DNA of 64,000 bases. Origin: the human T2T-CHM13v2.0 reference genome, Homo sapiens. Within the stretch, counting starts at the first letter, position 1. Every line of letters begins with the position of its first letter. The notes beneath the pieces were generated by a model. The model made no database searches, was not told the DNA's origin, and saw only the letters and a list, made by a program, of their open reading frames with translations. Of this stretch, positions 60,972-64,000 are shown one piece after another. The position numbers were made by a program, and so were the translations under genes. Where the stretch lies: assembly GCF_009914755.1 (NCBI RefSeq), contig NC_060939.1; one strand, given 5' to 3'.

Positions 60972-63900
60972 TTTGGTGCTGAAGACCCAGGTCAGCGGGG
61001 CTTCTTCGGGAGACCAGTCCCCTGTCCTCACCCTCACTCCATGAAGAGATCCACCTACGACCCCGGGTCCTCAGACCAACCAGCCCAAGGAACATCTCAC
61101 CGATTTTAAATCGGATAAGCAGCCTCTTTTTACTCTCTTATCCAACCTCTCTCACTATCTCTCAACCTCTTTCTCCTTTCAATCTTGGCGCCACACTTCA
61201 ATCTCTCCCTACTCTTAATTTCAATTCCTTTCATTTTCTGGTAGAGACAAAGGAGACACATTTTATCTGTGGACCCAAAACTCCGGCGGTGGTCACAGAC
61301 TTGGGAAGGCAGCCTTCCCTTGGTGTTTAATCATTGCAGGGATGCCTCTCTGATTATTCACCCATGTTCCATTGGTGTCTGATCTCCGTGGGGATGCCTG
61401 CCTTCATCATTCACCCACATTCCCTTGGTGGCAAGTCAATTGCCGGGATGCCTGCTTTGGCTGCTCACCCACATTGCAGCCCAGGGCTGCTCCCCAACCC
61501 CCTTCTCCATGTCTCTACCCTTCTCTTTAAACTTGCCTCCTTCACTATGGGCAAACTTCCACCCTCCATTCCTCCTTCTTCTCCCTTAGCCTGTGTTCTC
61601 AAGAACTTAAAACCTCTTCAACTCTCACCTGACCTAAAATCTAAGCATCTTATTTTCTTCTGCAACATCACTTGGCCCCAGTACAAACTCGACAATGGTT
61701 CTAAATGGCCAGAAAATGGCACTTTTGATTTCTCCATCCTACTAGATCTAGATAATTTTTCTCGAAACATGGGCAAATGGTCTGAGGGGCCTGACATCTG
61801 GGCATTCTTTTACACATCGGTCACTCCCTAGTCTCTGCTCCCAATGCAACTCGTCCCAAATCTCTCTTCTTTCTCTCCTGTCTGTTCTTTCAGTCTCCAC
61901 CCCAAGTTCTGAGTCCTTTGAATGCTTCTTTTCTACAGACTCATCTGACCTCTCCCCTTCTCCCAAGGCTGCTCCTTGCCAGGCCAAGCCAGGTCCCAAT
62001 TTTTCCTCAGCCTCTATTCCCCCACCCTATAATCCTCCTATCACCTGCCCTCCTCACACCTGGTCTGGCTTACAGTTTTGTTCCGCAACTAGCCCTCCCA
62101 CACCTGCCCAACAATTTCCTCTTAAAGAGGTGGCTGGAGCTAAAGGCATAGTCAAGGTTAATGCTCCTTTTTTCTTTATCTGACCTCTCCCAAATCAGCT
62201 AGCATTTGGGCTCTTTTTCATCACATATAAAAACCCAGCCCAGTTCATGGCCCGTTTGGCAACAACCCTTAGACGCTTTACCGCCCTAGACCCAGAGGGG
62301 CCAGAAGGCCATCTTATTCTCTTTGCATTTTATTACCCAATCCCCTCCCGGCATTAAAAAAAGCTCCAAAAATTGGATTCCAGCCCTCAAACCCCACAAC
62401 AGCACTCAATTAACCTTGCCTTCAAGGTGTACAATAATAGAGTAGAGGCAACATATTTCTGAGTTGCAATTACTTGCCTCCACTGTGAGAGAAACCCCAG
62501 CCACATGTCCAGCACACAAGAACTTCAGAACGCCTGAACTGCAGTGGCCAGATGTTCCTCCAGGACCGCCTCCCCCAGGATCTTGCTTCAAGTGCTGGAA
62601 ATCTGGCCACTGGGCCAAGGAATGCCCACAGCCCAGGATTCCTCCTAAGCTCTGTCCCATCTGTGCAGAACCCCACTGGAAATTGGACTGTCCAACTCAC
62701 CTGGCAGCCACTCCCAGAGCCCCTGGAACTCTGGCATAAGGCTCTCTGACTGACTCCTTCCCAGATCTTCTCGGCTTAGCAGCTGAAGACTGACGCTGCC
62801 CAATTGCCTTGGAAGCCCCCTGGACCATCACAGATGCTTTGGGTAACTCTTACAGTGGAGGGTAAGTCCGTCCCCTTCTTAATCAATACGGAGGCTACCA
62901 ACTCCATATTACTTTCTTTTCAAAGGCCTGTTTCCCTTGCCTCCGTAACAGTTGTGGGTATTGACAGCCAGGCTTCTAAACCTCTTAAAACTTCCCAACT
63001 CTGGTGTCAACTTGGACAACATTCTTTTATGCACTGATTTTAGTTATCCCCACCTTCCCAGCTCCCTTATTAGGTCGAGACATTTTAACTAAATTATCTG
63101 CTTCCCTGACTATTCCTAGGCTACAGCCACACCTCATTGCTGCCCTTTTCCCCAGTTCAAAGCCTCCTTCATGTCCTCCCCTTGTTATCTCCCCACCTTA
63201 ATCCACAAATATGGGATACCTCTACTCCCTCCCTGGCAACCGATCACACTCCCCTTACCATCCCATTAAAACCTAATCACCCTTACCCTGCTCAATGCCA
63301 ATATCCCATCCCGCAGCACCCTTTAAAAAGATTAAAGCCTGTTATCACTCGCCTGTTACAGCATGGTGTTTTAAAGCTTATAAACTCTCCTTACAGTTCC
63401 CCCATTTTACCTGTCCTAAAACCAGACAAGCCTTACAGGTTAGTTCAGGATCTGCACCTTATCAACCAAATTGTTTTGCCTATCCACCCCATGGTGCCAA
63501 ACCCATATACTCTCCTATCCTCAATACCTCCTTCCACAATCCATTATTCTGTTCTGGATCTCAAACGTGCTTTCTTTACTATTCCTTTGCACCCTTCATC
63601 CCAGCCTCTCTTCGCTTTCACTTGGACTGACCCTGACACCCATCAGGCTCAGCAAATTACCTGGGCTGTACCGCCGCAAAGCTTCACAGACAGCCCCCAT
63701 TACTTCAGTCAAGCCCAAATTTCTTCCTCATCTGTTACCTATCTCGGCATAATTCTCACAAAAACACACGTGCTCTCCCTGCTGATCATGTCCGACTAAT
63801 CTCCCAAACCACAACCCCTTCTACAAAACAACTCCTTTCCTTCCTAGGCATGGTTAGGTACTTCCACCTTTGGATACCTAGTTTTACCATCCTGACTAAA

Positions 63901-64000
63901 CCATTATATAAACTCACAAAAGCAAACCTAGCTGACCCCACAGATCCTAAATCTTTTCCCCACTCCTCTTTCCATTCCTTGAAGACAGCTTTAGAGACTG
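60972..64000 (+). mobile_element. HERV-H internal region (leader, defective gag, pro, pol), continuing beyond the window
   Basis: Gag MGKLPPSIPPSSPLACVLKNL from 61547. Two Zn knuckles [14 protein letters not shown] / [13 protein letters not shown] at ~62580-62690. Degenerate protease LINTEAT at ~62880. RT motifs YRLVQDL, VLDLKRAFF and PQSFTDSP at 63137-63799, with no YxDD motif. Stops and frameshifts throughout. Confidence 0.95.

Noticed and set aside
61334-63799. HERV-H gag/pro/pol ORFs as intact retroviral proteins
   Set aside because: Gag is broken by frameshifts and stops, the protease DTG motif reads NTE, and RT lacks the YxDD catalytic motif.

Overview
Human genomic DNA, recognisable as the 15q14 locus. 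In order: the 5' end of SLC12A6 (KCC3; minus strand; alternative first coding exons 1b and 1a, CpG-island promoter), NOP10 (minus, 2 exons, 64 aa), NUTM1 (plus, head-to-head with NOP10, 8 exons, 1160 aa), LPCAT4 (minus, 14 exons, 524 aa, tail-to-tail with NUTM1), a full-length processed beta-actin pseudogene, and the 5' part of a HERV-H provirus inserted into an older MER4-type LTR. I checked exon boundaries by GT-AG sites and phase arithmetic; NOP10, NUTM1 and LPCAT4 all close on their stop codons. Alus are very dense, and most of the supplied ORF track is Alu- or low-complexity-derived. I do not see a convincing wholly new biological system. The best leads are: a 73-bp tandem duplication that gives NUTM1 exon 6 a second, frameshifting splice acceptor; a perfect 95-bp inverted templated insertion between Alus in NUTM1 intron 2; dual-frame coding of NUTM1 exon 1; a frame-consistent alternative two-exon N-terminus in LPCAT4 intron 1; a cryptic degenerate ~57-bp tandem array in the SLC12A6 promoter region; and a HERV-H with a tRNA-Phe-like primer binding site. 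Repeat boundaries and family calls were made by eye and are approximate.
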